Shown piece by piece: positions 49,025 through 60,409 of a stretch of 64,000 nucleotides of DNA. The notes under the pieces were generated by a model that saw only the letters and a program-made list of their open reading frames with translations, was not told the origin of the DNA and ran no database searches. The position numbers and the translations under genes are program-made. This DNA comes from Mizuhopecten yessoensis (Eukaryota), in assembly GCF_002113885.1 (NCBI RefSeq), contig NW_018408683.1:552144-616143 (forward strand), given 5' to 3'. How positions within the stretch are numbered: position 1 is the first letter of the stretch; each line of letters starts with the position of its first letter.

Positions 49025-50092
49025 AAGCTGATTTCACAACGTTTTATTAAACAAGACATAGATGTTTTCTTAATATAATGCCATTATGTTGATTTGAGGT
49101 TTCGAGGGAAAGATTGATTTCAATGGTGTACATGATACATTTATAAGAAGCCAAAATAATGAATTATACTGAAATGAATGAAACAACAGCGTGTACTTCT
49201 TGTTTGTCGGTGACAGTTTATCAAGATGATGATTGTATTGAAATGATATCGTTAAAGTGATCATTTATCTTTGATTATAAACTGTGTGTCTAAAAAAATT
49301 GAAATAGAAAGAAAGACAGACAGAAAGTCAGAAAGCGGGACAGAGACAGACACATGGACAGAAACTTGAAATGCAATTTTAAAAATGCTACAAATAGCAT
49401 TCGTAATTCTTAATAGACTGATTAAAATAGTTCAATCGATAATAAAGTTGTTGTTAGTTTCACGTCGCAGTTAACATACAGCTCAGTTCATAATTACGGT
49501 AAGGTGGTGATCTACATATGTTTTACACTTTGAATAGAAAAACGCATACACTTCAACAAAAGTATCTGGTGGTTGCATTAGATTGTTGTGTGTTCCTTTT
49601 GTTTTTTAATATGTTGTTGTATGTTAATTTGTTTGTTAAAAGATGAATGTGATAGCACCTTTAAATTTGGTAATGGAGACAGTATACCAAAAACGATTTA
49701 CACTGCACCGTACAGCTGTTTGTCAATCTAGGATTTATTGGTGATGCTACCGAACTACCTTTGAAACAGAAGAGGTGCGTAATCCTTTAATCATATAAAT
49801 AACTATATTTATTCCACTTTGTCCTGCCAGTAAGGTCGATAGCGCACAGACATAGCGTAAAAAACAGCAGTATTTTTGTCTGTTAAAGTCAAATTTGTTG
49901 GTTTACCGCCCTTACAAAAGACAAGTTCAAAATAAGACAGATGCATAGCAAGACACTGGTATATTTTCAAGTGGTGCAAAGGTAGGGCGGTCAGGTTTTG
50001 TTTCTCAAAAGTGCCCTTAAAGCTTGAGGAAAAGCGTAGTTCCTTCAGGGGCGAATACATATTTCATATAAAAGGACATTTAATATAAATAG

Positions 50093-50430
50093 AGAATAAT
50101 ACATGCCTTTTTCCATATCACACCCAGTATCGTCCCAAGACTGCAATATCAGCCGAAGGGCTGATATTGGTCGAGGGTTGATACTGGGTGTGATATGGAA
50201 AAAAGGCATGTTTTATTCTGTTTATTACATACGTACTAATAAAAGCTACTATCTTATGATCTATTTTTCTTTTGAAATATTGAAAAAAGAAAAAAATCCA
50301 AAAGGGGTGTGATACGGGTTTTGGGGGCTGATACGGGTTTTGGGGTGTGATACGGCGGGGGCTGATATGGGGAAGAGCAATTGTGTCGTATCGCATGTAC
50401 AAAAACCCGTATTTATTAGTAAGTATTAAT
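50093..50430. mobile_element. Palindromic non-autonomous element (hairpin 50093-50219) with short gggxtgatacggg repeats, in the intron of paralog E
   Basis: catgcctttttccatatcacacccagtatc / gatactgggtgtgatatggaaaaaaggcatg; core aatatcagccgaagggctgatatt. Confidence 0.65.
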
Positions 50431-50964
50431 AAAGATAGTTTAACTACTGCTTACACATGCAGTACATAGGATACGTGTTAACGATAAACCTGTAGGACCA
50501 TTCACTTTAATTTCGGGATATATAACTATTTGTTTGGCGTATAACCAATATCTGTCACCCACATATCCACAGTGAATGCCTCTAAATGGAGAAAACCTGC
50601 AGCAGTTGATATGAGAAACACGTGTTCGTCAGTGCATGTATGTGGCGGCAAAAAGTGAGACAGAAATTTGGCAGGCAGAGAGATTTCCTGTAGCCCTTAT
50701 GCCGTTTTACTGACTTTTTATGAATATATTATCACATAAATGAATTGGTGTTTATTGCATATTAATTTATGTCTAACAAACTCCTCATTTTACTTATAAT
50801 GTCACTAAAATATTGATTTGATAAAGGGAGTTGGTGTATACCGATTCTCAGACACACATAAACAGCATTTGTTAACCAAACAAGAAAATAGGAACTTAGT
50901 TCTCTACATGATTACACGATAAGTTTAAGCATAAAGTTGTAACAAAGTAACATCTTCTTTGAAG

Positions 50965-52233
50965 CTGATGCTGACCAATGACATACAGGGTTTCTTTGTC
51001 TCTGTATCAGATTATCCCCATCCATGTCCGGTGAAGGCTCCGTATAGTTGTGGCTTCAGTACAGTAGTATGTAATAATCTCACTCTGGCAAAGATTCCTA
51101 CCTTCACCAAGGTCAACACCTCATGGAAATGCTGGAATCTCAACATGAATAACAATAACAATATTAAAACGATTCCGTCTGGAGCTTTCAGTAACCTCCC
51201 TTTCTGTTCCCTCCGTATTGGTCATAATGGCTTTGAAATTATTGAGGGTGGGGCACTGACTGGATCGGAACCATACATACGAATGCCGAAGATCACCATG
51301 CTAAGTATCCATGCTTACCCGATAAACAACCTCCCAGAGACCATGGCATTCGCTTCAACCCTTCAATTTCTCGATCTTAGATTACCAGCAATGAACACAT
51401 GGCCGTATTTGATTAGTGCTCTAAAATATGTTTGGAACTTGTCAATTGATAATTTGCAAATGTCCAATTTACCTCTTGATGCATCCGAAGGTTTAGAGGA
51501 CTCAATTCAGTCGGTGTGGTTTTCTACAACGAAATTCAAAGGTATATCGAAAGAGACTCCGAAAAATGACAAGCCTGTCTATAATGGACAAGGTAAAATT
51601 AACATCTAAAGGAATACTTGATGACGCATACATTGGCATGGATTCTCTTACAGAAATTATCCTAAGTGACAGTAGTATATCAAGGGTACCGAATGTGTCC
51701 TATATCCCGGTTCTTTCCTTTCTCTCCTTGACAAATTCACCAGTTTCAACTTGGGATTCAACTACATTGCCAGAACAGACACTCCTGCAATCAGTAAGTC
51801 TCAGCAACACTAATTTCGATCACATTCCGGCCGCTGTGCGTCGTATCAGAAGTCTGTATCAGTTATCACTAGAAAATACCAGTGTCTCATATTGAACTAG
51901 GAGACCTGACAGGGCTTCAAAGGTTACAGGAACTTTGTCTGAGTCAAACTCAATTGACCAACATATCTATGGACGCGTTTAACAAGGCAGTGTCTTCTAG
52001 TTCTGCATGTAGATTTCAGAAAACTCTCAGGATTTCCTAGAGCCAGTGAACGACTCCCTGCTCTGAGGGCCGCGAGTTTACAAAATGTCACAATTGAATG
52101 CTCCTGTGTAGAACTTGGCTGGATGAAGACTTGGATCGGCATTAAACAATTGATGGATGGTGGCGGGCAGTGTCATAACAAGCACATGTATTTGACGGAC
52201 TATTAACGCACTGAGGTACCAAAGTGTCGTTGA
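50965..52233 (+). pseudogene. LRR paralog E pseudogene (exon 2); exon 1 remnant without ATG at ~49485-49499
   Basis: Colinear with C/D; in-frame deletion after GSEPY, frameshift at ~51552, TGA at 51893, TAA at 52204; LRRNT Cys lost (KAPYSC). Confidence 0.9.
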
Positions 52234-52399
52234 AAAATAGTGCTACTGTTGTTGTTCCTCAATCAATAAACATCGGGTTTGAAATAGTCATCGTTTGTTT
52301 TCTTCATTTGATGGAATAGCATCGATGTAAGCAGTTATAAATGGAATCTGAAAGATATGTGAAAATTAATATCAATGATATCACGTATTAAGTAAAGAC

Positions 52400-53090
52400 A
52401 TAAGCCACAAGAAACACGACACCCAATGAGCCTACACCACTTCACTGTCACTAATTTCACATCAGTGACCTTGTGAAATGAGTGACCTTAAAAATGGTCA
52501 AGACCAAAATAATTTAAAATGGCAAAATATCATTCCATTACAAGTTGTTGGTTTTGTTTGATTTTTGAAGTTATTTTACTCATCTGACATGCAAAATCCA
52601 ATATTTCATAAAACTTTACATCATAAAATTACACGTACATCCCAAATTCAAGGGAAGTTGTGTTAATGGAATGGCAAAGTTGACACCTCTAACCTTGAAA
52701 ATAAGTCTAAATCATTCATCCAACATTGCTATTGGTCAAATATCCTCACCCTAGGCCTCCTAGTTATTCCTAATCCTCACCCTAGGCCTCCTAGTTATTC
52801 CTAAACCTCACCCTAGGCCTCCTAGTTATTCCTAGACAATCTTTAACCTTTCTTAGTTTGACCCTTGTCACCTTGAGCGTGGGATAATGTTATTGATGTG
52901 AAAAAAACTAGTCCTTCATCAATTCTTGGTGCTGGCCAAATATCTTTACCCTAAGCTTCTTGGTTATTCAGAAGACGTCGTACACCTTTTAACAAATTTT
53001 ACCTTCGTTAACTTGAAGGTGGGAAAAGGTTTGTTCATTTGAGTAAACCTGAAAACCAGAATAGTCACAATATGTTACTAATTTGTGCGG
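52400..53090 (-). mobile_element. Degenerate Helentron-associated satellite-bearing repeat, including a 3x 31-bp tandem (52742-52834)
   Basis: Recurrent tgaccttg/accttgaa motifs at regular spacing; cctcaccctaggcctcctagttattcctaa x3. Confidence 0.4.
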
Positions 53091-53333
53091 GGTATGTCTA
53101 CCAAGGGAGATACCATGAGTAATAAAGCTGTACTCACACACTAGAAATATAATTAAGCAGTTAATACGATGTCACAACGAGTCTTTGTACTTCTAAATCA
53201 AATTATCAAAATAGAGCAATCGTTGATAAAGTTGCTATACTGTATCCGACAAAGCAAACTCAAACGTCTAGATTAAGGATAATATATTGGAGATCATAGA
53301 AGTCATAACGTTCATTGTAAGCTCCTTGTAAAG

Positions 53334-55109
53334 ATGGCTACGGATGAAATATTTGTCTGCATAATTAAGGTAAGATGGTGAACTACAAACTTTTTGATAC
53401 TTTGAAAAAAATACATTATGACGGTGTCGCATGTGATTTGGGAAACGCTTACACTTCCAAAACATCTGATTACCCTTAATAATTATGGTAAGGTAATGAT
53501 TTACATATGTTTTACAGTATGAAAAGAAAACACAATGACGGATGAACAGAGCAGCTGGGTTCTTCTCCAGATTGTCGTGTACTTCTTCTGTTTCAGTTCA
53601 TGTCATTTGTTTTTCATTGTGTATTGAAGCTAAACTCTATGTCATTTTGTATGTATCAATTGACCAATATGATAATAATAATAATTCAAGGTTCTTATAT
53701 ACCGCTTTAGCACCACCTAGTTCGTAGGTCGTCTCAAAGCGGTTCACAAGTTATTATCCGTGGTTATAGGGCCTTTGCAACAAGTCAATATCTTTCTCAA
53801 ATCCCTTGGGAGCATACAGCCGGTGCTGCCATTTAGGCGCTCACAGATAACATTCAACAATCCAAGCACTGCCCAACCATGTACTCATTTACAGCTGAGT
53901 AGACTAGAACAAGCGGAGGAAAGTATCTTGTTCAAAGATACAACACAGTGCCGTGACGTGATGCAAACCCTCAAAGATGTACTGTGAAGGCTCCGTGTAG
54001 TTGTGTGATGAATTAAGTGCTATGTAATAATCTCAACCTTGCAGAGCTCCCGACCTTCACCAAGGTCAATGTCACTTGAAACTGCTGGAAACTCACCATG
54101 AGTCCTCTTTGTTCCCTTCAAATTGGTCATAGTGGCTTTGAAACAATAGAAGATAGGGCGCTGACTGGATCGGCACCATACTTTTTCTCTGTTTTTATGC
54201 AGTTCAATAACTTAAAGGAACTTCCGAAAGAAATTGCGCGAATGCCAAACCTTACAACGCTTAATATCCATGACAACTAAATAATTTATCTTCCACGGAC
54301 CATGGCAATTGCCTCAACCCTCGAATTTCTCGACATCGGATCACTAGCAATGGCAGTATGGCCGTAATCAACTGGAACTTTAAAAAATGTATATAGCTTG
54401 ACAATATATAAGTTGCCGATGACCGAATAACCTCTTGATGCATTCGAAGGTTTAGAGGACCCAATTCAGTCGATGTGACCCCGGTTTACTGCAACAAAAT
54501 TCAACGGTATTCTGAAAGCACTGAAGAGACTCCGAACAATGACAGGCTTGTCTTTTATGGATAATGTTGAATTAACATCTGAAGGAATAACTGATGACGC
54601 ATTCCTTGGCATGGAATCACTTACAGATATTTACATAAGTAACAGTAGTGTTTCCAGGGTTCCGAACGTGTCCTATATCCCAGCACTTTCCTCTCTTATT
54701 TTGACTAATTCACCAGTTTCAACTTAGGATTCAACTATATTACCAGAACAGCCAATAGTCTAACTAACACGGATTTTGATCACATTCCGGCCACTTTGTG
54801 CCATATTAGAAGTCTGAATCGGTTACCAATGAACTATACCAAAGTGTCAAATATTGGACCTGCTGACCTAGCAGGACTTCAGAAATTACAGGAACTTAAA
54901 CTGAGTCATGGTCCTTTGGCATATATATATATATCCATGGACGCATTTAACGAGACAAATAGTATTCAAAGTTTCAAAATGTCACAATTGAATGTTCTTG
55001 TGCAGAACTTGGTTGGATGAAGACTTGGATTTGGGTGGTGGAGAGTGTCATAACATACACATGGATTTGACGGACTACATATGCAGTGAGCTACCCATGT
55101 GCCCTTTAA
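53334..55109 (+). pseudogene. LRR paralog F pseudogene (exon 1 MATDEIFVCIIK 53334-53369; exon 2 remnant 53984-55109)
   Basis: VKAPCSC, LQIGHSGFETIEDRALTGS, MQFNNLKELPKEIARMP, DNVELTSEGITDDAF, ELPMCP; several stops and deletions; acceptor and exon start missing next to a SINE. Confidence 0.88.
53672..53965 (-). mobile_element. tRNA-derived SINE (same family as 27978-28313), head truncated
   Basis: cctagttcgtaggtcgtctcaaagcggttcacaa.ttattatccgtggttatagg... shared with 28016-28260. Confidence 0.8.
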
Positions 55110-55589
55110 CGATGATTAATTGCGTTACATCATTTTTGACACTGATCGGTGTTTTGTCCATTTGATACAATATGTTGACCCACACTCCTGAGAAAATCTG
55201 AAAATCTCACGCAGCTTGATATCAATGTGATGAACGACTGTACATGATGCATTGTTTATTACTAATAACTAATAATATTATTATTGAAAGGAATAAAACA
55301 GTGTTGATATTCTTAGTTTGTCTAAAGCAACATATTTAATTAACCCTTTGATAAATCGTGTGTGGAAAGGATGTATAATGTCGGTAGGGGATGTGGGTAA
55401 TCGACAACCGTTTGAGCTATACCTACTGTTAAATCATATATCAGCAAGTTCTAATTGTAGACGGGACCATAAGTCCCCAAAACTGATCCCATAGTCGCAA
55501 ATGATACCAGTATAGATTTTATGATGCAAACATTTGCTTTCATACTAAGTTCAAGCAAAATTAGAAACAGTGGGGGACCGTTGGCATCA

Positions 55590-55975
55590 CCTTGGCGTAC
55601 ACCTTTAAATGTTTAAAACAATCAGACTTTTTCACCTCTGACCTTGAGGTAAAGGCCACAGTGACCTAATGACACTGTATTGCACATCATCTGTAGGTGA
55701 TGCAGTTATACTGCAAGTTTAATCAATATATCTTTATTAAAAGTTACAGCCTGGACAAGATGTTCCTGAAAAATGTGACCTTTGACCTTGGAGTCAAGTT
55801 CACAATGACCTAATGACAGTGCAATGCACATCGTCTATGGGTGATGCAGGTATACTTCAAGTTTCATCAAGATTATCTTTAACGGTTTAAAAAGTTACGG
55901 CCCGGACGAGATCATATCAGAATAACGAGTACTAACACAATATGTCTTTCTTCATTCAAAGGGGAAACATAATTA
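55590..55975 (-). mobile_element. Helentron-associated (HINE-like) repeat with two ~155-bp internal units
   Basis: tgaccttg..cacaRtgacctaatgaca..gcacatc.tct..ggtgatgcag.tatact.caagttt repeated twice; terminal caatatgtc..gaaacataat. Confidence 0.5.
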
Positions 55976-56572
55976 AAATGATGCAGATCTTATATCTGAT
56001 TTTGCCAATATATCACTTTACCAGGACTGCTGCTTATTAATTGGTCATTAACTATACAGTTGCAAATTTCTTTCATATTTCAAAAAAGATGACATGCTTT
56101 TATAATGTAATTGTTGCCCTGAAATGGAAATGATAATATCACATAAAACGATTTTGATATAAATTACATATTGATGCAGACAGAAATATTTTTTTGATAA
56201 ACGTTGATCATTCATTTGCATTATGGTCATTATCTGATTAGTATTTTAAAACTCTGCAAGCCCCAACCCCCTACTCCCTTCAAATCAATTGGTCCTTCTT
56301 CTATTGAGTACCTCTTATTAGGGAGATGTGTATGCCCTACAGTAATCACGTTGTCTGCCTGTGTGTCTGGCTCACAGTCTACACTTTTATTTCCGTATAT
56401 TATCTTGGAATACAAAGGATTATTTTTTATTAATTTGACATAGTGATTTACTATGATATATAGACGGCAAAAAGGGTTAATATAGTTTTTAAGGTCATGG
56501 TCAAGGTTACGGTTGCTAAAAAGGATCCGGGGTAGGGGAAGGGCATAAATTACAGTCAGGCACCTAGCGGGG

Positions 56573-56901
56573 CACCCTCGATATCCAGGGGTTACACTCA
56601 CTTTCGCTCTCTGAAACTCTGGAATATGTCACAACAAAATTGAAGGCACACGGTTAGCTATTTGATTGGTGTCAGGTAAAAACACCTGACCAATCACTAG
56701 GCTGATACTTGTCCTTTGAAGATTACAGAGGAGCGATTTACTGTTACGCGACCGCGAAATTCTTTTGATGTACATCAAAGGATCAAACTGGTCTTCTCGT
56801 TTCATCCACAAGGTGCTGTCCACTGAGCCTTCGATTTTGCTACGACATATTCCAGGGGTGTAGAGAGCGAAAATGAGCATAACCCCTGGATATCGAGGAT
56901 G
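56573..56901. mobile_element. MITE with long TIRs and a 9-bp target-site duplication
   Basis: caccctcgatatccaggggttacactcactttcgctctc / gagagcgaaaatgagcataacccctggatatcgaggatg; flanks ctagcgggg (56564-56572) and ctagcaggg (56902-56910). Confidence 0.8.
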
Positions 56902-57769
56902 CTAGCAGGGCTATTACTGACCTGTCAGTGTTAACGTTCTAGTTGTATTTTACATCTTTCTCCATATGTTTTTATTTCAAATGATGACTGAAGCAATAAA
57001 AAACTGGTATGATTTCATTTTATTTCAAAATCTTCACACAAAGTACATCAAAATTATAAATAGTTGTGACTCTGTGTTAACAGAAATACAATGTTAATAT
57101 ATGTATCTACCAAGTAAATGTTATTTCAGCTCTTTAACAAAATATTATTGTCGTAACAATTACTAAAATATCCTTATGGAATATTGTAAACTAGATGTCA
57201 TAACAAAACTGGTTCACAAACTGAAACAGCAAAATAATATTGGCTCAATTAATTCAAAAGCCTTAAGTACCATATAGCAGAATATTTTCACGATTTTGCG
57301 TGTCATTAATGTGGTCGCCAAAATATGTCCTGTCAATGTGCTAAAATAGACAAGGGGAACAACCTTTATGATTGTCTTGGTGAACATGTGTTGCAGGAGT
57401 TAACATGTATTTGTAAATATTTGCGTTTTATACGAAAGTCAACTTGTGATGTCTCCAGTCTACATTAGACTCAGTCTCCGCGAAAAATTGAGTTCCTCCA
57501 CATGTCTAGATTGCAAAAATTATAATCTGTGTAAATCTTATTATCTAATTTTGCTTCCAAATCCTCCAAAAAATTACCCCGCATAAATAACCTGTTATAT
57601 TACTTCTTAAACCATACTTATTATCTATCTATCAAATCAAAAGTTAATTTCACCGTGTGGTTTCTATCCCTTTTCAACCCAAATCTCAATTCAAGTACAA
57701 TTGCTGATGCTGTTTAAGGGTGCTACCTATTTTTAAATATATATTAAAAAGATAATTCAATCACAACAG

Positions 57770-58482
57770 GCTGGGGATAAGTTAGTGTGTGTTACTAGTT
57801 GTAGCTGGGGATAAGTTAGTGTGTGTCACTAGTTCTAGCTGGGGATAAGTTAGTGTGTGTTACTAGATGTAGCTGGGGATAAGTTAGTGTGTGTCACTAG
57901 TTCTAGCTGGGGATAAGTTAGTGTGTGTTACTAGATGTATCTCGGGATAAATTAGTGTGTGTCCCTAGGTGTAGCTGGGGATAAGTTAGTGTGTGTTACT
58001 AGTTGTAGCTGGGGATTAGTTAGCGTGTGTTACTAGTTGTAGCTGGAGATAAGTTAGCGTGTGTTTCTAGTTGTAGCTGGGGATAAGTTAGTGTGTGTTA
58101 CTAGATGTAGCTGGGGATAAGTTAGTGTGTGTCACTAGTTGTAGCTGGGGATAAGTAAGTGTGTGTCACTAGTTGTAGCTGGGGATAAGATAGCGTGTGT
58201 TACTAGTTGTAGCTGGGGATAAGTTAGTGTGTGTTACTAGTTGTAGCTGGGGATAAGTTAGTGTGTGTTACTAGTTGTAGCTGGGGATAAGTTAGTGTGT
58301 GTTACTAGTTGTAGCTGGGGATAAGTTAGTGTGTGTTACTAGTTGTAGCTGGGGATAAGTTAGTGTGTGTTACTAGTTGTAGCTGGGGATAAGTTAGCGT
58401 GTGTTAATAGTTGTAGCTGGGGATAAGTTAGCGTGTGTTACTAGTTGTAGCTGGGGATAAGTAAGTGTGTGTTACTAGTTGT
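57770..58482. repeat. Minisatellite, 34-bp unit (gctggggataagttagtgtgtgttactagttgta), about 21 copies
   Basis: Direct tandem repeat, period 34. Confidence 0.96.
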
Positions 58483-59639
58483 CTATTTGTTTCACTCGAG
58501 CATTGGGCTTCTACAGGAAAACTTACAAGAACTAAACTGCTGGGCTTCCTTAAATGAGTAGCTGTCAAAAGAGCATAATACACGACCACATTCCACTTCG
58601 GTTACATGTATCTAAATGTTGAACATGGATAGGCTCCACAATTCCCACGTCTATATTTACCAATTACTGATGGGGGTACCTCACATATAATAAGGTATCT
58701 TATTATTGTGAAATGCAACTCATTTCAGAAGAATTTTTCACACTAACAACCTAGAAAAATATCTTTTATGAGTGATATTAAAATGTTGATTTGATTAATT
58801 AGAGCTTTTATATCAAGCAGAGGTTTAATTTTTTCAAAAGGACTGTGCGAAAATGAAACATAATGACATCCTACAAATTCTGTATGTTCAGACATGTAAG
58901 GGATACTGTTTCACCACTTCCATGTTTAAGTGAATATTTCTAGTCAACAAATGATGCAAACATAACAATTACAAAACAGACAACCAACTCTGTAGGAAAT
59001 TTTCCAAATAAAAGTGAAAAATATGATTGAAACCACACATGTATGAGGTATAAATATTGATACCAGATTATAAAGTGTTAGATACATATTGAGGGAATCT
59101 GATCGTGATGTTGCCTGGGCATGGTGTCACAATCCAGGGAACCTACAGACCCCATGGAAATCTTACACATGTATTTAAATTTGTTTACAACTTTTTTCGT
59201 TTGTAATTAAGGAGTTAAGATGATGGAAAGATTCAAAGGTTCAAAGGCAGGGCATTACACTGTAAATTTCTGAATGTAAAAGATTACATGTACCTATTCC
59301 CACTGATGTTCATGAAAAACTTATGTTAATATTTGCAGAACCGTAATATGAAAAAATCCTTTCCTTGAAGTAAATAATGGATTTGAATAAAAATATGTAA
59401 CATATCTGTATCAATAACACCCAAATAAATAAATCTCAGATTGGAATCATTTTTCTACTCATCAAAAGTTTGGATTTCCATCCAAAACTACGGCGAAAGT
59501 GAAACAGTTCATCTGATGGGTTCTATTGTTTACCTAAAATTTTGAGGCAACAATTTCTATCACAGAAAAATTCATGCATACACACAATCGATAAGATCAA
59601 CATGGATAAATTGTCCAAAAAAACAATTCATTGCTCTGT

Positions 59640-60409
59640 TCATCGATGGGTGTACTCAACTATGTACTCTGGATAGCACTGAGCACAGTCAAAAATGACA
59701 AATATTGATGGCGTCAACACATTGTCAACGCAAGAGTTGAACGGACGTCGCTTTGGATCGCCTGGGTCTGATGGAGGCTTGCGTATACCAGAGTTGCCAG
59801 AACAACATCGTCCAACTAATGCACGGGCCACAAACATGTATTTCTTGTTAGGGCCGATCGTATCCTCAACATTGGTGAAGATGATTTTATCAGTTGTGCT
59901 ACTCACATCAGGGTTACTCACATTGGCTGGCATGATTTGACCTTGGCTGTGACCTTGGAATATTGCCAGAGAATTGTTGGTGTTTGATTGTCCAATGTTT
60001 GCTGGTGCAAACACAGGCTGGCCGCTGTTGTTAGATGGTCCAAATGGCCCAAACATTGCTGCTCCATTGTTACTGGAAGACGGGAAGAAATTATTGCTGA
60101 ATGTGCCTGCAGCATTGCTATTACTGGTACCACTTAGGGGTACATAGGGAAATGCATGTGAGGTTGTTTTAAAAACATTTTGTTGCTGCTGCTGCTGTGG
60201 CTGTGGCTTATGCATGTTACTGAAATTGAATGAAGCCAGGAAAGGATTTGGAGCATTGTTCGGTGGAGTGTTAAATGACGATGGCAGATTGAAAGCCTGG
60301 GCAAAAGCTGCACTGCTGTTTCCTGGCGGTAAGGACCGGACACCCATATACCCAGGAGTCATTTGGTTGTACCTGTCTGAGTATGAAGCTTGCTTTGCAA
60401 AGTAGGTAC
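59640..60409 (-). CDS. PARP-family mono-ADP-ribosyltransferase (PARP7/11/12-like), last coding exon
   Basis: Acceptor ttgttgtag| phase 1; (G)TYFAKQASYSDRY ... KYMFVARALVG...IRKPP...NSCVDNVLTPSIFVIFDCAQCYPEYIVEY. Confidence 0.9.
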
